From Yuukianura sp. NJ FZ-2021 (taxonomy: Eukaryota): a stretch of 64,000 nt of DNA. The stretch is from NCBI GenBank assembly GCA_046563655.1, contig CM102286.1:2542001-2606000 (forward strand), in the 5' to 3' direction. The notes under the pieces are model-generated. The model did not search any database, was not told the origin of the DNA, and saw only the letters and a program-made list of their open reading frames with translations. Of the stretch, positions 22,318 through 34,724 are shown piece by piece. A program made the position numbers and the translations under genes. Numbering within the stretch: the first letter of the stretch is position 1; each line of letters starts with the position of its first letter.

Positions 22318-24492
22318 ATGAGAAATCGAGAACCGCCGGCCAATGTCAAGGTTGCCATAGGAGGAGGTGACACGTTCTTTGGCCTCCCAGGAGCAACGAC
22401 CGGAGACAACTTGAGAGGTGTCATGGGTAAGCATACTAATTTATTAACTTATTGTTTTAACAGTATTTTGTAATGTTAGTTCTTTAACCTCTTTAGATAA
22501 CCAGGGACATGAACCAACTGGAAAAATTGCCAATAATTTAGTGTTTTCCAACATGAATTGAATGATTGTTTAGTTTTGTTTTAAAATGTTTTCAGGAGAC
22601 ATAAATCTGGACCGTGTGGACGTCGAGAAGGACTTCATGATGGACAACGACCATTTCCTTTCATCACATATGCCGGAGGTTAGTCCTTACAAAACTAATT
22701 GAAACAAACTATAACTACTTAGGAAATCACCGTGAACTTCTGTTCTGTTTGATTATAGATGGACTTTGACCTGTTTCAAGATCTCCAGCTCCCTTCCGAT
22801 TCCATTTTCCAAGATTTCCTTGGAAATGGCGGAATGGATGATTCGGATGGTTCTCAAACCTCTTCTGATCCTGGCTTCGTCGAGCCATATTCGACATCGG
22901 AAGCATCTCTTAGTCCGTCGAGCTCCAACGGAGTACGATCTCCCACGTCTGTTTCATCTCTACCAGATACTCCCAGTCCGAACCCAAATTACATTCCATT
23001 CAGCATCCCTATCGGCATTTCTTCAGCATCCCTTCTTACAACTGGCACAAATATCAACCAAGGCTTTTGTTTCCCTAGCGTAGCTTCACCAAATACTGCT
23101 TCTAATGCTGCCACGTTGGAACAAATTCGAAAGCCAGGTCGTCGTCGATCTGGTTCCAACGAATCCCCTGACGTGCAAGCCATGAAGCGACAGATTCGTA
23201 TGATCAGAAACCGTGAATCGGCATGTCTGTCACGGCAGAAGAAGAAGGATTACGTGGCAAAGTTAGAAACGGAGATCAAGGAATTGGAGGCTGACAACTT
23301 GCGACTACGACAGGAGAATACGTTTCTAAGGAGCCGGCTCGGAGAGTTCACGAATGTCATGCTGCCCAAATCCACTGCTACCGATTTACCGTTGTTGTCA
23401 ACTGCTACTGCTGTACAGAAGGAGCGGAAGATGAAAAATGGAACAAAGAACGTCATTGGAAAAGTCGTCCTGTTTACTGTCTTCACATCGCTGTTCCTGT
23501 TCTTGAGAGCTCCAATCAATTCGGATATACAGCACTCAAGATTAACTTCCAACGATTCAGCATCTCTCCCGAGGCTAAGCAGAACACTGGATTCTCCATT
23601 TCGGTCACGATCAACTCCTCCCGCTGGCAGGCTCAAGAAAGAACCTGTACGTCCAGAACTCAACAGTACGTCTTCCACAAACATCAGACCGGAATGGTTT
23701 CCACTGGTCAACATCTCGGGAAGTCCGGCTAACAGCTCGCTGGATCGATGTCCTCTTCTGTTCAATCAAACTGAAGCTTTAAGGTAAGGAAATGAAATAC
23801 TAAGCTGTAATTTTTCATTAAGGTTGTTCTTAGTAGATCCTGTCACGATTTACCTCTATTTTTCAGGGTCCAGAATGATCTGGAGGGCTTATTCAAAGTG
23901 AAGCCAAAGAAGCCCCGATTGAAGAAACCGATTGTCTACCACCTTTCTCAGTTGGACTTTCGTCAGGAAGATGATGACAACAAGGTGAGAAAGTGCTAAC
24001 GCTACGAAACCGTTGTTTTGAATTAATGCGTTAGTTAGCGTAATTGTTAATTCCTTTACTTTCTCAGGGCCTTACCCTGTACGACGAGAAGCAAGGAAAG
24101 TTTTCAGGGTTGTTGGAGAAGTTGGAAATGCGACAGGATACTTTCTATGTTCTTTCCTTGGCAGTTGAAAATCAAGTGCTGCTTTCGGCCAAGGCTCACA
24201 ACGAGTCTTCCAGACCAAAAATGTCCTTCTTGATGCCTTGGAGGAATGGTAAGTAAGGAATGCAAATGCAACTGATCATGATCAGCTGATTGATCAGAAT
24301 ATGATCAGCTGATTGATCGGACTTTGATCCGAGTTTGATCAGTATACCGTGATTTTCGGTAGGAATAATTTGCTATGTATTTGATTCACAGATACTCTTG
24401 ACGGAAAAGAGGAGCTGATGCAGATTGACTGCGAGGTTACTCGTGTTCTGAACTTGGACAAACGAAACCGGAAGGAGCGCAAACGGAAGTAG
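22318..24492 (+). CDS. ATF6: Cyclic AMP-dependent transcription factor ATF-6 (membrane-bound bZIP)
   Basis: bZIP KRQIRMIRNRESACLSRQKKKDYVAKLE; TM VVLFTVFTSLFLFL; luminal RxxL-type site; conserved luminal motifs FNQTEALR, RQDTFYVLSL, HNESSRPKMSFLMP and LMQIDCEV; stop TAG 24490-24492. The 5' exons (22318-22426, 22596-22678) are less certain. Confidence 0.9.
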
Positions 24493-25303
24493 AATGTTAC
24501 AAATCTCGACTCCAGTCGACCTTTAACGTCCTTCCTTAATGCTTATACTTTAGGTCTTATTCAATTTCATACTTAACGTATAGCGTTTTCTTATGTAGTA
24601 CTTGGGTTTGGTTTTGGTGCACGAGAGTTGGATTTTGTTACAGATATACCGTTTCCAGGAACACATTTAATCACACTTCATGCTCTCCTCTGTTCAGCCC
24701 AACTTCCTACATACATGTTCAGTTTGTAGTCACATGATAGTCACTTAACGATGTGCTTTATGGTTCTAATTGTTTTGATTTAGTGTCAATGAAACAAAAC
24801 AGAAACTTTTATGTCCTAGATTTAATGGCATTCAGTTCAGTTGTAATTCTGGAGGGGTTAATTAGTTTATAGATTATTTATTGAATTTGAAAATATTGCA
24901 TGTTAATACCGGCAACTGGGTCAGTAAAAAAAACTCCTGGGTCAAAGGTGGTTTAAAACCGATTGCTTGAAGTGACACTTTATTTTGACAGACTGACACC
25001 GCTTGATAAAAGGTGACAACGGAGGACAAAATACCTAGAAATGATAGATTCTGTATACCTTATGATGACACTGCATGATCTGATATCCCCGAAAGCAAAC
25101 TTTATATAATCTATAAAACTACCAATAAATAAGAACAAGAGGCTCATAAAACATAATTAAATACTTATAAATCAAACGGAATTTCAACAACTCACAATTC
25201 GTTAATCCAATTCAGAATTCAGATAAAAAAAAATCTATAAAGTTCTGAATACTCTGTCTGATTTTGTAGTTGCAATTCAGTAGGTTCAAAGTGAATGTTT
25301 TGT

Positions 25304-28298
25304 TTAGTATTTTTGTGGGTGACGGGACGACATGTGTTCTTCCCTGGATAGGTTGACACTGAAGTACTTCTGACAGACACGACACTTCCATACCTACGTC
25401 AAGTGAAGTTTAGTGATTTAGTTAGTCAAAAGTGACACATTAAGTAAGTAACGCATTAAAGTAAGTGTAGCTAGTGTTAATTTAACCATTACATACCTTA
25501 ATTGTCTCAGATTCTTGCGGAGTGGAAGATCCAGAACTTATTCTCAGTGTGCTCCGACGCATCGTTCCAACCCGAGCAATCGGAACTTTCGTATCCGGCT
25601 CATCAACTTCCATAATGACGATGGCATTCCCCTCTTCCTCGTCGTCGCCAGTGATCGATGCAATCCCTTCACCGTGCTTTCGGGCCAAATGTTGATTGAA
25701 AACATAACGTCGCTTGAAGATCATACCGCAGTGCTCACAGGTCAACTCAGGGTCCCCGTCGCTGTGACTTATCTGCAAAAATAAGTAAAATCAGCGTACT
25801 ATTACATATTCTTTCACCTTATCATTCAGTAGTATCAAATTACCTTATGTCGGTCCAGGGACTTTTTAGCTCCAAAAGTCTTGTCACAAGAATCGCATTT
25901 CCAGCGATTCCGTTCCTCTTCTGGAAGGGTGTCAGGATGCTTGGAACTGATGTGTGCTTCCAAGTTACTCCGATTGGCCACCATTGCTCCACATCCTTCT
26001 ACTGGACAAGCTACTTTCTTGTTAATCGCAATTCCTTTGCTCTCCCGTTCACGTGGATCCATGTGAATCAGGGTGTGTTTTCGCAAATGCTCTCGGGAGA
26101 TACAGAATTTCCCACAAGTTTCACATTGCCATCGATGCTGCTCCTCTTCTGGAATTGTTTCTGGATGCTTAAGTCGAAGATGTGCTTCCAGTTTTGAACG
26201 TCCACGTACTTTATGTTCGCATCCTTCAACAGGACAGAACACATTTCGGTATTCTCCAGTATGTGTCTTGTAGTGGTTGGCTAAATGGGTCCGAGTCTTG
26301 TAGTTCTTCATACAGAGACTGCACTCATATTTTCGTTCCGGGTCGGTTTCCGCCTTCAGTTTAAAAAAAAAAAGTAATCAGCTGATTGAATTCGGTAACT
26401 AACTAAAAATTCAGAGAAATACTTGTGTTACAGTCTAACCCTGGATTCCACTTCTCCAGTAGTCGTTTCAGAGACGCTAACGCTGGCAGTATCTGCTTCC
26501 TCAGCATCTTCTTCGCCCAAGTCCACGACAGATGTGGATGTCCCAGTTTCGCCTTCTGCTTGTTCCGTCGTAATAGATTTGATAGAGTCCTGGAGCATCC
26601 GTACTGTTTCTCTCTCCGTTGGATGAGCAAAATCAATGTGTTCCAACAAATAGGCTTTCAGTTTGTAAACTTTGCCACAAAAGTCACACGGATAAACGCC
26701 TTGTGGCAAACTTATACCCTGAGACAATGGCCATTCCAGCGGCGCCTTGCCACTGTGTGACCTGCAATCAACAACAGAGTTACAGTGAAAAATTCCATAA
26801 CGAAGTTAACTTTTGCTTCTGATATTGCTTACTTCACGTGGCGCTCAAACTTTAGTTGTGAAAAGTGTGGCTTGTCACAAATTGGGCACTTGAACTGTGG
26901 CGGTGGAGGACGATGTTTGTATCGCTGATGAGAAAGCAAGAGTCCTTTCCTTGGAAAAACTTTCTTACAAACAGCACAAGTCAGCATTCTCTCACACGGC
27001 AAGTGATCTGTCAGCCCCTGTTTCTGTTCAAATTCTTCACCGCAACCGCAAAGGTACGTTCTCACCCGAGAATGTGCTGAAAAACGAACAATCGATGTTT
27101 AAATTCAAATTACTCAAATTGAACCAACTTTGTGTTGGTTCAATCCAACAAGAATGAAATACCCCGCTCGATATGACGATGAAGGGTGTGTCGGGTAGCA
27201 GTGTTTGTATTGCACTGGTGACACTTGTACCGAACGTTTTCCTGGGCATGGACCTGTTCCATGTGGTACATCATAAGCCGATCCCCTGTTTTATGATACA
27301 GTTGATTTATAGTAAGTTTAGTCTTAAATTCTAAAATATAAGTCCATTACCTCCGTAGCGAACACCACACACTTCACAAATGAGTGGTTGTTCTACGTCA
27401 TGGACCAATTGCTGTTCGGTCAGGCACTTGTGGGTCTCGAACTTGATGAGGTCAGGATAGTACTGAAAACCGCATCGGTGACACTGGCATTGAGGCTTCT
27501 GCTCGTGAACAGCGTAGATGTGTTCATGGAGACGAAGGTTCATAAGGAATTTCTCAGGACAAAAACTACATTTGATGAGACGTCGTTCTTTGATGCTTCC
27601 AAATCCAAACGGTTTCTTCACTTTCGGAACCATCATCTTCATTCTCCGCCTCGCGACGCCTTTCTTTGGTTCCTTCGGAGTAAATGGTCTCGTTCTAGGC
27701 CTTCCCACCTTCCGTTTTGTAGTCACGACTTCTTCCATGACGGCTGAAACAAATGAAAATTATAATGGTTGAAGTTAAAGTTAACAATTTAAGTTTTACA
27801 TCAAGCCAATTTACCAGGATCAGCATAGACAGCTTGCTCCTCTTCAGTGGTTTCAGTTTCAATTGTGGCGAAGTCACAGTTTCCTTCATCATCTACACTC
27901 GTTGCAAAGCCAACGAATTCAGTTTCAATCTGACCAACTGGTTGTTGGTATTCGAGTCTACTTTCTGCAAGTTCTTGTTGCTGGAGATGCCATGCCTCAA
28001 TTTGCGATATTAGCTTGCCGATGTATGCATTTGATAACGAAAGTTGGAGCAGATTATTGTAGTACTGGTACATGTAACTGATGGCTTCAGCACATTTGGA
28101 GCACATGAAAACGGTGATCTTGGCTTCTTGTGCTACGATGAGATTGCTCGACGTAAATATTTCTCCCAAAGCATCCAGAATTGTCAAGCTTCTTTCAAAT
28201 TCATTGTCAGCTGAGTAAATATGAATCTCTCCCACGGCACCCGGTTCTGAACAGTTGATGCACACGTAATCCACTGGAGCAGGCAATGTGGATGCCAT
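25304..28298 (-). CDS. ZAD-like domain + multiple C2H2 zinc-finger protein
   Basis: N-terminal CINC...CSKC (ZAD-like), AT-hook-like KVGRPR, many CxxC..HxxxH fingers in ORFs 27331-27738, 26829-27065, 26428-26727, 25835-26311 and 25482-25778. Last exon VWKCRVCQKYF...EHMSSRHPQKY*. Confidence 0.85.
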
Positions 28299-28593
28299 CT
28301 TTACCGTTCCTGTTATCAACAAATGTGTCAATTAAAACCGTTGTTAACTAACATGGGGTACCGAATAAGATTACTACCAACTTTGCACAAAACTAAACTT
28401 ACTCTTCTTGATTCATAAATATCATGATACTTTATTGACTGTGTTACCTCTGTGATCGTTGTACGGCAGTTCTTGATGATAAACAATTAGTTAATTACAG
28501 CTGGATTATTATTTTAAGTTGTTTTTGTACAAGTTTGACCGTTGCTGTTACTCTTGTTGTTGACAAGAATCTTCCCTATATGGTATACTATAG

Positions 28594-29428
28594 TAGTCTG
28601 CCCACAGCATACACTGAGTTTTAAAACTGTGTTTTATTTTAAGTCTCACCCCCGCAAATTGTTACATTATATGAGATAAAAAATCGGTGAAATTTTCAAA
28701 TTTTTTTCTCAAGGCTAAGGGGTCCCGCACGGGGAACAAGGATTTACATAGGCATTATACACGTGTGGGGATCCATAACCCCATGCTTGCTTGGGTCAAG
28801 TTCCACTGTTTTTATATGACTTCCTGTGCACTACCCTGACATAAACGGCAATGCGGAAGGTCAAGTGACGTGTCACAGTCCTATCTTTTATTTCCCTAAA
28901 CAGGAATGAGCGACTGGAAGGATTTGGAATTCGGGTGTCCTGATTTGAGCAAGTTCACCCCATCCTGCCCACTATATGGGTACTTAAACATTATAAATCG
29001 ACCATTTTTTCTGTAGAATTTAGTATGTAACGCTTTGACATGCAATTTGACTTTCTGCGTTGTTTCTACGTCTTAGAAAGTCCAAGCGGAAGAGGTTAAA
29101 CTGACAACTCGGCACGACCTCCTGGGGAAGAGCACTGCCAAGGGGACAGGGCACTAATTCGAACAGGGTTACTTTTCGTACACATATGTGTAATTCCTGA
29201 GGTAGCGTCAATTTTTCGGGCGACGCATACCAATTAAATAGGCATAACGCGGTTTAGGTATCTCGTTTGGAGTAGGGAACTCCACGTTAATCTATAGGGT
29301 GCCTGCGGGACCCCTTAGAGTCAACCGATCTGGTTGATATTTTGCAGTGATTATTTGCTCATATAATGCAACCCTTTGAGGGGGTGAGACCCCCTCAAAT
29401 CGTATCCCATGGAATTGCGGGCAGGCTA
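28594..29428. mobile_element. Non-autonomous DNA transposon (835 bp) with imperfect TIRs and 9-bp target-site duplication
   Basis: Ends TAGTCTGCCC...GGGCAGGCTA; inverted sub-terminal blocks gtctcaccccc..cattatatgag / ctcatataatg..gggggtgagac and ctaaggggtcccgca / tgcgggaccccttag; identical ATACTATAG at 28585-28593 and 29429-29437. Confidence 0.8.
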
Positions 29429-30897
29429 ATACTATAGTCTCTCCTCCACTTTACAAATGGCAACACCCGATGCGGTGGCTCTCACTGACGCTACAAACAC
29501 GCAGTTTCCAATTATCTGCGATGGGCATCAACCAGAGGTCAGGCTTCGCATGCACTCTTACCGTTATGAAAAATTGTCGTAATTAGTTAATTTGAATCGT
29601 TTCTCAATGCACACGAAAATAACTTTACTTTTATTAATTTGAGTATCGATTTCTCATGCAATCCAACAAAGGTTAATATTTAAAAAAAATTATTTAATGA
29701 AAATTATACGTTATGGAATTCAAGGTATCTTTCTGGAAAAAATACATAATTTTAGAAAAAGTTGTCAGAAATTTTAGTTAAGCTAGAAGTTTCGCATCAT
29801 TTTAGGTTGAATTGAACTAGGTTAACTGAACTAACGTTTAATAATGCTAAACACTCTTGTCAGAGCTTAAAACAATTTTTCAAAAAAATATGTTCCTAAT
29901 TACTGCAACATACAAGCGATCAATCTCAGCGATTATTTATTATTAGTTTAGTTTAATTGACGCTTAACTACGTAAAGCAGCTCCAAGCTATTGTATTTAC
30001 TATTTGGCTAAGCTTGACTATAGCTCAATCAGGAAAACTTGCGTCCTAACCTATTTCGTAATTGGTTCGATCGGAATAGGATAGTCCATGATTGTCTCCC
30101 AAAACAATTGAATTGAAATTGAAGCTTACATTGCCTTAGTGTTACTTGTTGTACTGTACTCGAATTCAGAGAAAGATGCTGACGTCGTAAATAATTTCTC
30201 TCCAATTGACTAATTTATAGGCCTGTCATTGTGACAGCCTACGTAGATGAATATTTTTTATTGTTTATCCTTGACCTCGGAAAAGTATCTGGAAAAGTGT
30301 TTCAGGATCCTTCTTTGTTGCGACGAAATGTTAATGGCATATTTCGCAATTAAACCGCAATAATTATTACAGATGTTGAAAAAATTAAATTATTTTGTGA
30401 AAATTTAGGACATAATTTATCATCTATTAACTTAAGATCTATTTTCATCATTGTAATATTCAGATGAAATAATTTCTTTAAAGAAAATAGCGTGTTGAAA
30501 CAATCCCGACTTCCATAGACATAGACTTCCCCTGCCGCATCAGTTTGACCTCGAACTACATAGTCCAGCTTGCGGTAAAAACATTGTAAATTCAGTTCCG
30601 AAAATTTGATGAACTGCCTCCTTATGTTACTGAATTTAATTCTAATTTATGTTACATTATAAGTTATGTAATTTATGTTTATATTAATAATTTATGTCAC
30701 CGAATAGTTTTAATTTATTGCTCTTCCAACTTAGGTGACAATCAATAAAACACAATAAGTAACACATTGTACTTAATTTGGAAATTCTGGGTGATCGATC
30801 AATCAACATTTATTGTTTTTTTTTTCATATAAAGATAAAAAAATATTGGACTAAAAATTCATTAGAAGGTTTACGCAAGTACCCAAATTTTGAAAAG

Positions 30898-31311
30898 ATG
30901 GCGTCGAAAACTTTGGCATTGATTGTAGTATTGACGCTTATCGTAGCCGTAAGCTCTCAATTCATGTGGGAGCGTGATCATTGCCCTGACAAGAGAAGGT
31001 CTGAAGAGCAATACCAAGGTTAGCTAGAACATATTATTTTAAATTAAATTAATAAATTCAATAATTATTAATATTAGTTGTCTAAATTCATTAATTCCGC
31101 AGTCAAAAACGCTACTTGTGCCAGTGAAAGCACTCCGCGTTTCTACTACAACGACAAAGGAGAAGACTGCAAATGCATGGTGGGATACTTTCATAGAAGG
31201 ATTGATCAAGCGTGTTGCTGTAAAGGTGGTTCGACTACGACGGCTTCCACGGGGACTACTCAGACTACGACGGCCTCCACGGGGACTAGTGAGACTACTG
31301 ACGATTACTAG
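30898..31311 (+). CDS. Small secreted cysteine-rich peptide with Thr-rich tail
   Basis: Exon 30898-31018 (signal peptide MASKTLALIVVLTLIVAVSS) spliced in phase 1 to 31103-31311; Cys pattern C..C..CKC..CCC, then duplicated TTTASTGT. Confidence 0.75.
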
Positions 31312-31734
31312 GAATTGATGAAATTACTCATCTGTTTAAGAAATTTCGGTTGAATATAATTTTGCATTGAGTTTCAATGTTCTAAAATATCAAACAGTAA
31401 AATTGGTTTTAAAAAAAGGTGGTTATTAAATTGAATGTCAAAAAATTGTTTTGTTAAATTATGTTTCTAATTACTCCGACATTCAAGAGATCAATTTTTG
31501 CGATTATCTCTGACGACACAAATACTTGGGTTAATAAGACTATGTTCATGCAAGTTTTAATTTAGTGCCACAAATATTTGCATCATTTATTTTTTTTAGT
31601 ATCGAAAGTGTTAGTGATCTCTGATAAAAATGTACTCAAGAGGACAAGGCCAAGGCTATCAATTTCAAATAAATTTCCAAATTCTCTTAAAAAAAATTTA
31701 GTTTAATCGAATTTTAACTACGTACTTACACAGA

Positions 31735-32494
31735 ATGGAGCTTCAAACTATTGCTTTTATTGCGTTTTGCCTAAGCTTTGATGTGGCTCAATCCGGAAAA
31801 CTCGTGTTTAACGAAGGCTATTTTATAGTAGAATGGACTTTATCTGAAGACAAAGAATCAATTCACTTCAAAGCGTCTGCAACAGACGTAATTGGTTGGA
31901 TCGGAATTGGTTGGTCTATGATTGACAGAACGAGTGGAGATCTCGTCATAGCGGAAGTAGATGCTTACAACAAAAGTAAGCTCAATGTTGGGGTAAATTT
32001 TAAATTTCCATTCAGTTCAAATGATTTGCAATTTGGAAAATTTCAAAATCTATTGTGTTTGCGCAGGACTTTTGGGGGTATCGACAAGGTCTACCGGATA
32101 AAGATTTACAGCAAAATTTGGACAATGCATTTGGATCCAGAAATGCTGCTGAAAGAACAGCCACTTTTGAATTCGATCGACAACTAAACTCACCAGATAA
32201 AGAGCAAGACTTCGACATTCCTTTGGTATGAACAAAAAACGCATTCAATTTATGATTTGAATTATTATGTTATATTAATGTCAATTGTTTTTGTAGGATG
32301 GAATTTATATTATGTGGGCATATTCGGATGGCGAAACTGCTGCTGTAAGTCACCATCATAGAGACTACTCCCGTCAAAAAGTCGTTTTCGGTGATAGCGT
32401 GATAGGTGATAGCAGCAACAGAATACAAGGAACGCTGCTAGTTTTCACTGGACTGCTCTCATTATTGGTCGTTAAAGCTTTTCTAATCATATAA
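31735..32494 (+). CDS. DOMON-domain protein, secreted with hydrophobic C-terminus (TM or GPI signal)
   Basis: Signal peptide; GWIGIGWS...GDLVIA; QDFWG-like exon with FEFDRQL; IMWAYSD...HHH; hydrophobic tail. Exons ~31735-31992, 32067-32225, 32298-32494. Confidence 0.8.
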
Positions 32495-33012
32495 ATAACA
32501 TTCGTATTTGAAACTTCAAATTTTTTTTTTACTAAATCCTGTCTATGTTATGTTGTCTACTTTTTTTTGTGTTAAAAAATGTTGCTTTAGTGTTTGAGAA
32601 AAGTCAAATGTTTTATCAATGAATCTATAGTTAACAGGAAAATTATAACAAGACAAACGTTTAGACAGTTGAAGGCAATAAATCAAATGCTAATTAATTC
32701 CTTCAGCAGTTGGTTGGCTGTTTAACTGACTGCGCAATTATTATTAGCATATATATACAATTTAATAAACTTGTAAACCGTATATAATAAAGTAGCGCAA
32801 GCGATGAGGTGAATTTTTAAATGTAGATAATGAAACTGCCTAACCTAACCATTTGCTTTGTATATCAGTAATTCTTTCTAGTTGAACGAATAGGACTGAT
32901 AATTCAAATGCTCACTGTTCAAATTTTGAGTGCTAAAACATGAAAATGCTAAATCTCCAAGAAAATAATTTCCTTAACCTTACTTTTCGATTTTATTTTA
33001 TTTTGCCAATTT

Positions 33013-34188
33013 ATTAAGTATCGTCAGATACTTATAGGGATCGTAATGTCCGTCCGTCCGTCTGTCCGTCTGTCCGTCTGTCTGTCCGTCTGTCTGTCCG
33101 TCCGTCCGTCTTTATACTAGCCACAATATCTCCGGAACCGCTGGACCGATTTTCAATCTGTCTTCACAGATGAACTACACATGGTCCAGGGATGAACAAG
33201 TCGTTTTCGGTTTGACCGGAAGTGGCCAACTTCCGGGTCAAAGGTCAAGGTCAAGTACATTTTCGACGGAATTTGGACAAATGGCCTCTACAAAAGTTGT
33301 TCATTTCAATGAGAGGACCAACTTTGCTGTAGGTGACCTTGACCTTTGACCAACGGTTCTGGAGATATAGACGCTGAAAGTTGCAAAATGGCGTCGCTCA
33401 TACTACGCGCGTCTATAACTTTGGAACCACTAAACCGATTTTCAACATGTCTTCGCAGATGACCTTCACATGGTACAGGGGTGACTAATCGGTTTCTGGT
33501 TTGATCGGAAGTTAGGTCAAATTCCGGGTAAATGTTCAAGGTCAAGTACATTTTTAAGTATCGTCAGATACTTATAGGGATCGTCTTGTCCGTCCGACCG
33601 TCCGTCTGTCCGTCCGTCAGTCTGTCCGTCCGTCAGTCTGTAATGCTTATAACTCGACACTGATTTCTAAGCAGCTTTTTTAATGGGTAACTACAAACCA
33701 GATGACTAAAAATGAGTTTTTGGATTCACCTTAAGTGACCTCTATTGGTGTCATAGGTCAAGGTTATGCTCCATACCGAAACGGATGGGCAGACTCGGAA
33801 GGGGTATGCGGGGATCCAATTTTGATGAGCTTGAGTGACCTCTAACAGGGTCAAAGGTCAAGGTCATCTTTTTTTCCACAATTCAGAAATTCGGGGAGGA
33901 TGTTTGACGAGGCGAGGATTACTAATATTAATATTAATTAATATAATATTAATGTTAATATTAATAATATTAATTAATATAATATTAACATTAATATTAA
34001 TTAATATAATATTAACATTAATATTAATTAATATAATATTAACATTCATATTAATATAATGCCGAATGCTGTTTGACCTCAAATAACCTCTAACAATATC
34101 AGAGGTCTAGGTCAACAATATCCTGGAGCGGGAATTCTCTATAATTGATCTGACGATACTTATTTACATCGTCTTTGCAAGAAGTTTA
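33013..34188 (+). mobile_element. DINE-1/HINE-like (Helentron-associated) non-autonomous element, tandem/nested pair
   Basis: 5' hairpin AAGTATC-GTCA-GATACTT followed by a (GTCY)n microsatellite occurs twice (33016, 33556); inverted subterminal copy ATCTGACGATACTTA at 34148-34162, then a short stem-loop and T-run; internal GGTCAAGGTCA/TGACCTTGACC motifs. Confidence 0.7.
33921..34059. repeat. AT-rich quasi-palindromic minisatellite (~27-bp unit TTAATATTAATTAATATAATATTAACA)
   Basis: Directly visible tandem copies inside the HINE-like element. Confidence 0.85.
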
Positions 34189-34247
34189 TTGATTTTCAAC
34201 TTCTTTGAAAAGTGGGGAATCCCACTAAAAATTAGTTCAGAATTGAT

Positions 34248-34724
34248 TTAATGTTGACCGTGTTTGGCGAGCCAGGCTGTAAATTCGGCAATGTCAACTT
34301 TTCCGCTTTTGTCCGTATCTGCTTCACGAACAAACTTGTGAAACGACTCTTTAGGAGAAATATTGTTCCACTCGATTGACATTAGAGCATGAACGGCTTC
34401 AAACTCTTCTTTGGAGATGTAGCCATCCTTGTCCACGTCGAATTTCCTGGCGTACCAGCCAGCATGGGCACTCGCCGACGTGTGGTTGTCTAGAAGGTCT
34501 TCGAGTTCTGCAATTCCAATTTTTCCATCGTAGTACTTGTTGTAATATTCTTCGTATGCGAGGATTTGTTCGGGTGTTCGCTTGTACTTCATTGCGGCTT
34601 TTACGGCCGCAAAATCCTTGCTGTAAATGTATTCCCCATCAAATGTCGGCAACTTTCGAACTTTCTGCAAAATATCTTGGATCTCCTCCCTCGTGTACCG
34701 AACTGACATGTCACGACCTTCCAT
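34248..34724 (-). CDS. EF-hand calcium-binding protein, intronless
   Basis: 158-aa ORF with canonical loops DVDKDGYISKEE and DTDKSGKVDIAE plus a degenerate NKYYDGKIGIAE loop. Confidence 0.85.
   Translation of the reverse strand: MEGRDMSVRYTREEIQDILQKVRKLPTFDGEYIYSKDFAAVKAAMKYKRTPEQILAYEEYYNKYYDGKIGIAELEDLLDNHTSASAHAGWYARKFDVDKDGYISKEEFEAVHALMSIEWNNISPKESFHKFVREADTDKSGKVDIAEFTAWLAKHGQH

Noticed and set aside
22498..22560. Possible extra ATF6 cassette exon after the AG at ~22497
   Set aside because: No convincing donor before the in-frame stop; the model works without it.
33835..34082. Ile/Asn/Leu-rich ORFs on both strands
   Set aside because: Translation of the AT-rich minisatellite.
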